From NCBI GenBank assembly GCA_002269645.1, contig NIVC01002735.1, positions 62,001 to 126,000 on the forward strand: a stretch of 64,000 nt of DNA. Direction: 5' to 3'. The position numbers and the translations under genes were made by a program. This DNA comes from Macrostomum lignano. Lineage: Eukaryota. A model generated the notes under the pieces. It had not been told where the DNA came from. It ran no database searches and saw only the letters and a list, made by a program, of their open reading frames with translations. Numbering within the stretch: the stretch's first letter is position 1; each line of letters opens with the position of its first letter. This document shows, piece after piece, positions 1 to 10,529 of the stretch.

Positions 1-370
1 GCTAAGAGACAGAATTACAAATTCAACTAATTCGGGACACAACAGCCAAGAGCAACAAAAAATTAACTATAAAATTCGAATTCAAACTTCACGGTAAACA
101 CCGTTTTTGCTTTAGTGACTATCAGGAATAAAAAAGCTAGCGGATTTGATCAAGTCCTCACGCAGCTAACAGGTATTGAATACCTAGAGGTCTCGAATTC
201 TTTTGTAAAAAATGGCTAAAAAAGAAAAACGCAGACATCGCAACAGCTGTTGTTTACCTTAGTGACGGCGCTCATCTCTAATTTAATGCTGTTTCAAGCT
301 ATAATAAAATAGTCCAGGTAAGCTAAGGTAAAATGCGTTTGTTAAGAAAGACATTGCTAAGATAAAAAGG

Positions 371-620
371 TAATCAATCAGTTGCTAAGGTAATCAGCCA
401 GTTGCTAAGGTAATCAGCCAGTTGCTAAGGTAATCAACCCATTGCTAAGGTCAACCCATCAACCCATTACTAAGGTAATCAATCCGTTGCTAAGGTAAAC
501 AGTCCGTTGCTAAGGTGAACAACCCGTTGCTATAGTAAACAACGTGTTTTCAAAGTTTTAACAAACATGCTATGCTAGGCAACACATTGCAAAAGTAGAC
601 AACCTGTTGCTAAGGTTACA
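371..620. repeat. Degenerate 20-bp tandem repeat (GTTGCTAAGGTAATCAGCCA)
   Basis: Visible periodicity. Confidence 0.8.
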
Positions 621-723
621 AACTCGTTTCCTTGGTAAAAAAATCATTGTCAATGTCAGCAAGTTGTTGCTATGGCGACCCAGACCGACACTTCAAGGCG
701 CCGCTCGAGCGCGGCGCGGCGAC

Positions 724-1033
724 TCACTGCGGCAGTCCGCAGTCGTGCGGCTCCGGCGGGCAGGCGAGCCCGGGGCCCGGACAGGAGTCCCACATGCCGC
801 GCGGCGCGCCACGGCATAGCGGCGCCAACCGGCACGGTACCCGCTGTAGGCGCCGGAATTGGCGCAGAAGTTGGCGCGCCCGGCGCAGCAGCTGGTCGGA
901 GTCGACTCCACCGGACAGCTGGGCGAAGTAGGCGGCGGCCTCGGTGGCCGGCAGCCGCTTCTCCAGGCAAAAGTCGCCGTACAGGTCGATCAGAGCGGCG
1001 CAGAGGAACAGCTGGAAGCTGGCAGTGGCGTAC
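724..1033 (-). CDS. TBC1D16: TBC1D16-like protein, exon 3 (to stop)
   Basis: Acceptor CTGCAG|G completes the Arg codon. YATASFQLFLCAALI...LLRRARQLLRQFRRLQRVPC...GMWDS matches the TBC1D16 C-terminus. Joined CDS is 1848 nt, 615 aa. Confidence 0.85.
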
Positions 1034-1059
1034 CTGCAGTGCGAGTTCAGCAGGGACTG

Positions 1060-1970
1060 ACTGGCAGCAATGTCAGAAATTGTCACTGACAGTCAATTGT
1101 CACTGACAGTCAATTGTCACTGACAGTCAATTGTCACTGACAGTCAATTGTCACTGACAGTCAATTGTCACTGACAGTCAATTGTCACTGACAGTCAATT
1201 GTCACTGACAGTCAATTGTCACTGACAGTCAATTGTCACTGGCAGCAATGTCAGGAATTGTCACTGACCGTCAATTGTCACTGACCGTCAATTGTCACTG
1301 ACAGTCAATTGTCACTGACAGTCAATTGTCACTGACAGTCAATTGTCACTGACAGTCAATTGTCACTGACAGCAATTGTCACTGACCGTCAATTGTCACT
1401 GGCAATCAATTGTCACTGGCAGTCAATTGTCACTGACAGTCAATTGTCACTTACACTCAAATGTCACTGGCAGTCAATTGTCACTTACACTCAAATGTCA
1501 CTGGCAGTCAATTGTCACTGACACTCAAATGTCACTTGCAGTCAATTGTCACTGGCAGTCAATTGTCACTTACACTCAAATGTCACTGGCAGTCAATTGT
1601 CACTGGCAGTCAATTGTCACTGACAGTCAATTGTCACTTACACTCAAATGTCACTGGCAGTCAATTGTCACTGGCAGTCAATTGTCACTGGCAGTCAATT
1701 GTCACTGACAGTCAATTGTCACTTACACTCAAATGTCACTGGCAGTCAATTGTCACTGGCAGTCAATTGTCACTGACAGTCAATTGTCACTGACAGTCAA
1801 TTGTCACTGACAGTCAATTGTCACTGGCAGTCAATTGTCACTGGCAGTCAAATGTCACTGGCAGTCAATTGTCACTGGCAGTCAATTGTCACTGGCAGTC
1901 AATTGTCACTAGCAGTCAATTGTCACTGGCAGTCAATTGTCACTGGCAATCAATTGTCACTGGCAGTCAA
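1060..1970. repeat. 17-bp minisatellite (TGTCACTGACAGTCAAT) filling TBC1D16 intron 2
   Basis: About 53 units, with variants GAC/GGC and TTACACTCAAA. Confidence 0.97.
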
Positions 1971-2013
1971 TAATCTGCAAAAAACTACTAAAAACGGCAC
2001 CAGAGTCACCCAC

Positions 2014-2270
2014 CTGCAGAAGCAGGCCTCCCACACGGCCAGCGCCTCGTCCAGCGGGAACTCCCAGAGGAAGCAGGCGGTCAGCCAGCGCCTGGCGAAG
2101 CCGAGATCCGCGGGCCGGTCGTAGACGGCCTGGAATTCCGGCTTGAGCAGGCGGAGCAGCTCGCTGAGGCAGGCCAGGTCCGAGTCCAGCTGCTGCTCAG
2201 AGCGTAGCAGGAAGCCGTCAGAGACCAGCAGGCGGAGGCAGCAGAAGGCTTCCACGTCGTCGTCCAGAAC
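2014..2270 (-). CDS. TBC1D16: TBC1D16-like protein, exon 2
   Basis: Acceptor TTTCGCAG|GTT. Encodes VLDDDVEAFCCL...FARRWLTACFLWEFPLDEALAVWEACFC, TBC C-terminal helices (cf. FCHRWLLLCFKREF...EALRIWEACW). Donor CAG|GTGGGT, phase 2. Confidence 0.85.
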
Positions 2271-2304
2271 CTGCGAAAGGGAGCGTTTCCTGGGTTGTAG
2301 GTTA

Positions 2305-2490
2305 CCTGTTCGATCCTAGTTGATACCGGTTAGATCCTAGTTGATACCGGTTCGATCCTAGTTGATACCGGTTAGATCCTAGTTGATACCGGTTAAATCC
2401 TAGTTGATACCGGTTAGATCCTAGTTGATACCGGTTAGATCCTAGTTGATACCGGTTAAATCCTAGTTGATACCGGTTAGATCCTAGTTG
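2305..2490. repeat. 22-bp minisatellite (GATCCTAGTTGATACCGGTTAG) filling TBC1D16 intron 1
   Basis: About 8 units. Confidence 0.95.
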
Positions 2491-2510
2491 ATGCCAGTCA
2501 ATCCCCTCAC

Positions 2511-3791
2511 CTGCAGCAGGGTGCTCAGCAGGCTGGGCGCGGCCTCATCAAAGGTCCCGCAGGCGTGGGCGAAGTCTAGCAGCAGCTCCCGCAGTCGCAG
2601 CTGCTCGGGCAGGCCGCTCAAGTCGACCTCAGCAGCTTCGGTCAGCACGGAGGCGGCCGCTGCGGACCCGGACGCTGTTGGCGAAGACAGCAGCGCCTGC
2701 GCGCAGTGCCTGGAGTGTTTCAGGCGGCCCAGCTCGGCCTCGGCCTCCAAGTAAACCTGGTAGCGCTGCTCCGTTGAGCTCTCAAACGGGTACAGGCCGA
2801 TCAGCAGCGGCCAGACCTGCCTGCGAACGCTGGAGTCGACGCCCGACAGGTACACCGTCCGCTTGAACTGGGTCGGGTCCTCAACGAAGCCTTCGATGCT
2901 CACCAGGTCTTCAAAGCTCGCCGAGTTCAGCCGGTTCGGCCTGCCGACGCTCTCGGCGTCCCCGTTGCCGCCGGCCTCCTGTCGCTGCTGGCGAATCTCC
3001 CGAGGTGTCACCGCCGCAGCGTCGTTCGCCGCCCGAATAGAATGAAGCGGCTGCTCCAGAATCCGCAGGTGCCGCGGCTGCCGCTGTTGCTGCTGGCGGA
3101 GGGCGTGAAACTCGGCGTAGGGCGAGCGCGGCCGGCGGCGGCAGCGGAACGCGCCGGGCTGTCCCGCCAGCAGGCGCTCGATGGCCTCCGTGCCGCCGCC
3201 GCCGCCGCTTCCGCTGTGGAAGTGGAAGATCTTCAGCTGGGACTCGGGGCTGCGCACGATCACGTGACCGGGGCAGACCAGCACGCAGCCGGAGTGCATC
3301 AGGTTGCACAGGAAGACGCCGGGCGGCGCGGTCGAGCCGGGGATCCGCGGCGGCGCCGACCGGACGGTGGCGTCCGAGGCGTCGGAGGCGGTCGCCACGG
3401 AGGCGGTGGACTCGGCGCTCATCTGCCTGGACAGCTTGACGTTGGGCGTCCATTTGAGCAGGAACTCGGTGTGGCCGGCCGGCCGCACGCGGCTGACGAT
3501 GCACAGGTAGCCCAGGTGGTGCGCCGTGTCCGAGCCGGACGGCTGCTCGATGTGCACACAGACGTTGTTGCGCGAGTAGACGATCTCGCCGTCTAGAAAA
3601 GGCGACTCGGACAGCGAGGCCTGGCCGGCCGAAGGCGCGCCGGTCCAAGCGGGCAGCAGGAGCAGCGCGGCGGCCCGCTGCCGGACAGCGGAGCAGAGGC
3701 TGACCAAGGACTGCTGGTAGTCCGGGACAAGGCCGATGCTCCACCGGCGCCAGACTCCCAGGCCGCCAAGGCCGCTCTCGCTGCTGGTCAT
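2511..3791 (-). CDS. TBC1D16: TBC1D16-like Rab-GAP family protein, exon 1 of 3
   Basis: DGEIVYSRNNVCVH matches the TBC1D16 N-terminal motif. VYLSGVDSSVRRQVWPLLIGLY is the start of the TBC domain. Donor CTGCAG|GTGAGG at 2511/2510, phase 0. Confidence 0.85.
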
Positions 3792-4742
3792 GTCAGCCTG
3801 CTGGATTGGGCTGGGGAGTTCCGGCTGCCGCTGCTGCTGCTCCGACTCAAGCTGCTCAATAGTGTCGCGCTGGAGTGTTGTGCAGCCACTATAGGCTAAG
3901 TTAACATTGCCAAGACTACCTGATTACCTAAGTATTGGTCTGCCTTGGAATCATTTTAAAACAAGATATGCAACTACATTGAATATTTGCCAGTTTGTAA
4001 ACTATAAATCATCAAATTGGCTACAATTCGAGAGCTGGTTTAGTGCTTTAGTGAAAAAATCACAAACTACCAATTAGGTCATAGAATCAATAAGCATTAT
4101 TTTTGTCTTTCAAATAATAAACAACTTTAATAAATCTATTGTTGATCAGCAATAAAATATTATACTCTAGGAGAAATTTGTATATATACAAAATCATTTT
4201 CACATTACAAAGTAAAAATATTTATTAATTTAAAATAAACAAATATGATCCGATAGCAAAAATAGGCTTTAAAGTTGCTATCAAATATGCTAAGGCTAGA
4301 AAACGCAACATAATTATCTTTGTTTACACAATATTAGCAATTATGAAATAAGTCTAAAAGTATACATAGACTAATTTCATTGATATACTTAATAAGTGAT
4401 TCTAATAGGTATAGATAATATAGAGAAATCTATTATAGAAATATAGAATTATAGATATAGAATTAATAAGAGAAATACTAACATACAAACATATATGCAA
4501 TTTTATAATTTAAAGGCAAATGATTTAAAATACTTTTAAAGCTTTTATTTTTAATATTGTTGTCAATATTGAAGTAGGCACTTTTTGAATTATTGCTATT
4601 ACAAAGATAAATATAAATTGTTGTTTTAACTGATAAAATAGTTAGTAATAAAAGTAGTTAATAGTTGATATTTTTGTTCAAACTTTAATATTTGTTTAAA
4701 AGTACCCTTTTTGTTTTAAATATTTGAATTGTTGTTTTAATG

Positions 4743-4961
4743 CAATAGTTCTCTACCTGTGGGTTGCTACCCCCAATGGGATTGCATCACCATTTTCTAG
4801 GGGTTGTAGCACTAAGAAATGTGTGAGTGTAAGTATGTCATACTTAATGATGACATTATATAAATATAAAGCATTATATTAATAATAAAGGGGGTTGCAA
4901 ACATTAAAAAACAATGGAAGTGAATAAATTAGGGTCACCTAAAAAAGGTTGAGAACTGCTG
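4743..4961. mobile_element. hAT-type MITE (~219 bp) with 8-bp TSD TTTTAATG
   Basis: Ends CAATAGTTCTCTACCTGTGGG... and ...AGGTTGAGAACTGCTG resemble CAGYGGTTCTCAACC hAT termini (URR1/SPIN/MER20-like). Identical TTTTAATG at 4735-4742 and 4962-4969. Confidence 0.8.
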
Positions 4962-5183
4962 TTTTAATGATCTACCCTATGCCCTACCTTATTTCCTCTG
5001 TATGGCTATGAAAGAATTTTTGCAATTGGCTCGGTAAGCAATAAGATAAATAATAATAAAAAACATCCCTTATATAAATTATTTTTGAATAAGGCCAATG
5101 GCACTAAAAAGTTTGGATATACATTATTTTGTTATTTTATTATTTTAATTATTTAATTATTATCTATTATTTTGGTTTATTAT

Positions 5184-5779
5184 CATAGTCAGGAAGGTGG
5201 CAGTTTGGTCGGAAAATTCCGGCGCACACAAGCCCTTTTTGGGCACACAACGGCGCACAACGGCGCACAGCGGCGCGCCACAACAGCGCACAGCGGCGCA
5301 CTGGCGCACAGCGGCGCACAACGGCGCACACCAGAGGACACCGGCGCATGGCGGCGCGGCGCGGCGGGCGCCGCGCCACATGCAGCGTTACCCTTGTGGC
5401 GATCCCATGTAACGATGTAAGTCGTTACTTGTTACAGTACACTATTCACTGTTCTGTCTAATGTAACACTGCATTCTACCAAAAAATAAAAAATAAAATA
5501 AAATATTTTCCTTTTCCTTTTTACCTTTGTTTTTGCCATTTGCTTACTTTTTATGTTTGTTTTGTTTTAAAAATTAGAAATTAAATTAAAAATTTTTTAA
5601 ATTTCTATTTTCGGTTTAACGATCTCAATTTCTCAAAAAAAGGTCTTTTATTGTCGCAAGGCAGGTAGTGGCGGGCGCACAACGGCGCACACGAGAGTTT
5701 TTGTGTCGGCGCACGGCGCACAATTTTGGGAGAGGCCAAAATTTGTTCCGGCGCACACTCTGCCACCTTCCTGACTATG
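5184..5779. mobile_element. MITE with perfect 20-bp TIRs, present only in the left arm
   Basis: CATAGTCAGGAAGGTGGCAG (5184-5203) and CTGCCACCTTCCTGACTATG (5760-5779). Subterminal GGCGCACA repeats at both ends, AT-rich core. Absent at the mirror site near 62050. No TSD seen. Confidence 0.85.
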
Positions 5780-7539
5780 GATTAGACAGAAGCCTATATT
5801 TAGATATTAGCTAACTTAAGATACAGTTAATCAAAAATCAAAATAACTAAAATGCTATAAGGTCAATAGAAAATACATAGCAAAAAATATAATGAAGACA
5901 AGATATTGGAATTATACATTAGGTCTATAAGTTGCATGTTAGTTGAATGTATGTATGTGTATTATTTAACAAAAATATTAAAGACTAAAATATGTCTTAA
6001 TGAGTTTTAACAATATAATTAAAGCCAAAGAAATTTGCATGGCTAATTATACAGGCCCTAGTGCTATTTTTTATTTACTTAATAAGTTATTTACAATATT
6101 TACATAAAGTAGGCCTATGGCTTGTAGCAATAATTCATTTTTATTGATAGGGGCCCAGCTTACCAGCTATTTTTAAATTAGACTTGAAAAAGTAAAAATT
6201 TTAGGCCTAGTTAAATATGCTAAAATATGGTTTATTGTTTGTCTAAAAACTTTATCACTGACACTGATTATTATTTTATAGTTGGATTAGATTAGGTAAG
6301 GCCTATTTTTTTATGCTGGCAATCAGTATAACCAATACTATAGTTTAGAATCAATCAGGTTTTTAACCGTTACTTGGCTTTATTAAGGCTATTTGCTGAA
6401 TTTTGTAGACTCTAGACTAAATATGATATTCTAATGAGCATAACTTTTGATCGGCTCGATTTGCACTGCTTTTTAGATGAATTTTATAGACCATATGCAT
6501 GCAAGACGCGACTCGCGAGTGGGAGTAGGCAAGACGCGACGCTAAGCCGTCAGTTGCAGTCTAGGATGACAAAATTTGTTTCATTTCACAGCTGGTGTTG
6601 CAGGATCAAATCTAAAGTAAGCAATTTAGTCACTAATACAGGAAAGTGTTGTGTTGTGTTACGCTCGGGAACGGTAAGGCATGGAAGTCCTCAGTTAAAA
6701 AGGCAATACTTACGTTACTTGCTACCTGCCTACCTAGTAGATCAATATTTGAGTTGATTGATGTTGTCAATGTTAATTTCCATGCTTTTGAGGAAATAAC
6801 AAAAATAGGTTATTTCCTTTGATATTGAATGCTTCGAATGGGAGAAGCGACTCCGACAGTTGCAGCCTGCCTGAGCTTGTCGATCGCGATGTTGATGAGG
6901 ATGAGTAAAGCAGAAGAGCTACAACAACAAAAATGTTAACCCAAGCAAATTCATCTCATATATATTTTATTTAAAGTCTATAGCAATTGGCTACATAAGA
7001 GAATAAGAAAGTTTGCAAAGTAAGAAAAGAATTTGGCTTAAATAATTAAAAATAAATAATTAGGGCACTTTTTTGACAAGGTACACAATTTTGTGAATTT
7101 CCGCTTCATAGCTTTGTTAGTTTTTTGTGCGGTGTTTTCGGCATTTTTTTCACTTCTTGTCAATTTCTGACTGAAAGGGAACTCAGGTGGCAATCAAAGG
7201 CAAGTTGTTCAGACGATTGTAGTTCGGAGCAGTTGGGCTAAGAAGAATAATTTATACGAATAAGACACTAACAAGCTCTAGGAACAATGTGTTATAAAAA
7301 CGTAATAGCAAACTTTTTCCCTAAGCTACATGGCTATCAAGACCCTTTAGCTTAACATTAAAAGGAGAACTGTAGTATATACAATATACAGTATATTGGG
7401 CTGGCCGTAGATATTGTATATACTGTATATACAGTGGTCCTTTCTATACAAAAGCCTAAACCCAAGGATGAAGAAAAAGATCAGGTATAGATATATCTAG
7501 GTGAAACAGGTGTAAAAATTCAGTGGCGTACACGTACAC

Positions 7540-8030
7540 AGTGGAGAAAGGCAGATGAGACGCGGCCCCCGAAATCCCCTGCGTAAATTCAAGCACTTGC
7601 ATTTTAAGTGGCCCGAGGGCTACGGCTTCGGTGACGGCTAAAAGGTCAGCGCCGATTTCTTCAAGGACCTGTTCGCTCGATGGGGACTGCCAGGCGCGAT
7701 CGGGACCGACAACGGGCCTCAGTTCACCAGCTACGCCTTCGAGAGAGTTCTATTTAGCTACTACGGCGTGCAGCATGTGATGTGATGGTAGTCAAACTCG
7801 AGCGTCAGACGCCTCAACCGGATCCTGAAGGAGTCGCTGTAAGGCGCCGAGGAGCCCAATACTCGCGACTGCAGTCTGGTGACTCCGTGCGCGTCCGCAG
7901 GCCACAGACGGCTCTCACAAGCTGGCGACAAGGCTCGGCGAAACTTAACAGATCATCCGGCGTCTGGGCCCGCAGGTCCTGGTTGCTAAACGATGGCACT
8001 CTGACAACCGGGTTTGTGTACCTCGCTTGC
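7540..8030 (+). mobile_element. Degenerate, internally deleted Ty3/gypsy-type LTR retrotransposon integrase relic
   Basis: Fragments KWPE, DLFARWGLPGAIGTDNGPQFTSYAF..YGVQH (integrase core, cf. FGxP..IxSDNGPQF) and LQSGDSVRVR...W (integrase C-terminus), in broken frames. Confidence 0.8.
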
Positions 8031-9077
8031 ACCCCTGTTAGAGTTCTCTCGATCTGATTGGTTGGGGTTTGTCTGCCTGCCAGACAGGCCTAGGCTGGGC
8101 GGAGGTTTGGCTGCTTTCTTAATCACGGCTAGTTACGCTCGTATGTTTATGTGCCCACCGGCCGGGACCTCTAAGCCTCTGTGACTTTCCTATATACGCA
8201 ATCGCTTCTTGCTTCTGCGTTATTGGCCCAATCCAATCCAATTTATTGGTTATATCTATCCGAACCATCTGAATCGCAGCGAAAGCCCAGTTCAACTAGC
8301 CTCTTTTGCGAGATAAATAAGTCATTCCGGCTGTTTTGCTAGAAGAAGCCCTAAATTACACTGCGCGCATCAGAAGGCGCCTTTGAATTTTGAGTAAGTG
8401 TCATTTTGAGTGTCATTTGGTGCACTCACAGCTGCCTTTGGTGTTGGCGTAGGTCACTGTGGGACACGGCAGACATTCTCTGCTGAGCTTTGGTGTCAGC
8501 GTATGTACCCGCTAGAAAAGGCTTGGAAATTTTTCAAAGAAATATTTTTCTGTTTGTATTCATAGAACTTTGCATGGGTCTCGTGAATGTCTGGAAGTAA
8601 ATTTTTCCTGGCGTGAAATTTGTGTGTAAATGCCAGCTCAAAGTATAAAATAAATCTGAGAAGTGGATTATTGCACTCGCGAACGATGCAGAGAAGGCTG
8701 CCACCAGACACGTTCTACTTAACTTAAGCATAAACAACACTAAGTAGTCCGAAGACCAGAATGCTCGAGTAATTCCCGATTGTCTCTGGCTGGCTCCAAT
8801 CCCAAGCGCCAAGAGAGCTGTCCGAAGCGCTTCGAACATTTTTAGAAAGCGGCTTGCAAAGGGTCTCAATAAATAGACTTGCCAGGCCGGGGCCTGAGGG
8901 AAAAAGAACAGGGGTAGAAAACTGGCACTTAGGCAGCCAAAAAGAGAGCAGCCAATCGAACTGACTAAATAACAGAACGGTCGACCACAATTCAACCTGG
9001 GAGGGGGCAGCCAATCATACGCGAGATGGTGTAGAAAGTGTGATGTCAATAGCTAGAGCTTGCTCGCATCTTCCCAG

Positions 9078-9530
9078 GCCTGAACTCTCTTCACGCTCTC
9101 ACTGCTTCTGGTCCTCGGAAGCTGAGGATCCTGATGAAGGCGTGGAACGACTCTGAGCACTGGGCTGAGTACTCCAGCTTCTCCGTGGGTCCCGAGTCCG
9201 ACAACTACCAGCTGAGCGTGTCCGGCTTCTCCGGCAGCGCCGGCATCGGCGACTGCCTCCCCAGAGCAACGGCATGCAGTTCAGCACGAAGGACGCCGAT
9301 CATGACATTATCTCTGGCAACTGTGCAAAAGTGTTTAAAGGTGGCTGGTGATTCAAGAACTGTCACTGCGCCCACCCGAACGGAGAGTACAAAGACTCAT
9401 CTACTGCCATCGGTGGTGCTTATGCTTATGTGCTTATCGGTGGGCTGGGGTCTGTTACGGATGGGTGCAGCACCGGCAGAAGCAGAAGCACCATGATACC
9501 AGTAAGATCTTCCATCTTATCATGGCCCCC
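9078..9530 (+). pseudogene. Fibrinogen-related domain (FReD) C-terminal exon, left copy with 1-bp frameshift near 9260
   Basis: Acceptor TTCCCAG|GC then (G)LNSLHALT...LRI...WAEYSSFSVGPESDNYQLSVSGFSG.AG...NGMQFSTKDADHD...NCA..FKGGWWFKNCHCAHPNGEY. A C-run is one base shorter than in the right copy, possibly a sequencing error. Confidence 0.8.
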
Positions 9531-9650
9531 ATGACTCCCATGACTCCCATGACCCCCCATGACCCCATGACTCCCATGACCCCATGACCTCCATGACTCC
9601 CATGACCCCATGACCCCCATGACTCCCATGACTCCCATGACCCCTATCAT
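9525..9650. repeat. 9-bp repeat CATGACTCC/CATGACCCC (mirror 57665-57925, longer)
   Basis: Visible periodicity right after the FReD exon. Confidence 0.9.
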
Positions 9651-10529
9651 GATCCAATCTCGTAAGTACTGAAATTCTGCTTGTGCTCCCCAGAGGGGGC
9701 TAAATGGCTAGTTCCAAATACTAAAACGGTTTGTCGGTACGCATGCGATCGATTTAAAAAAACGGCTCAACCGATTTTCTTCAAACTTGCACCATTCAAT
9801 CAGAATTTTTACCTGACGGTGCATGTGTCTTGGCTAAGAAATAGCTCAATTCTAAAGGGATTAAGTATTTAAAAAACATGCTTTTTCGCAAAGGTCAAGG
9901 GAACTTGTTAGTTTGATTTACATTGCAATTTGATTTACATTGCGTGACCATATTGGTTATTGTGAGCCATTCTGACTGGAATTGAATAACGATTGCATCA
10001 TAAGGTAGCGCCCACAGTAACTCAATATTCTTTGTCTTCGGCTAGTGAAAATGAAAAATTTATGTGCAAAAAAAGATTGTACATGTACATAAAAACATGT
10101 CCACGTGCACAACCGGCAATTCTGTTACTGTGGTCGTTACTGTCCCCACTCCACAGTCCGATCTAGATATTATACGAGTAATGTTGTAGATGCTGTCAGG
10201 CGTTGGGACTTGTAATAGCTCACGCGGACTCCACTGGTTAAGTAAGTTAGAACTTCTCGAGAAAACTTGAGCGACTGCTAGTTAGCACACGCGCATATAT
10301 ATTTAATAGGCACGACGTACATTAGTACACGATACACGTACACGCAAGGACTAGGAATCAATGAGGTGCATATACTTAAGCAATAATCAACGTGCCCACG
10401 CAACCCTACACCCCCAAGCAACCTCAGATCAGTTCAGTGGCACTTTGCCACATGACTCACTGAGTAAATTTAACTGCGGGAGGCGACGGGACGCACAGAT
10501 TCGGCCTGGCATCCATGTCTCAGCCAGTC

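Noticed and set aside
8534-9049. 171-aa hydrophobic ORF open in both arms
   Set aside because: No recognisable motif, AT-rich non-coding-like composition, and arms similar enough that shared openness is weak evidence.
10170-10410. Possible solo LTR (TG...TACA ends with ATTAAA on the minus strand)
   Set aside because: No target-site duplication, PBS or PPT could be identified.
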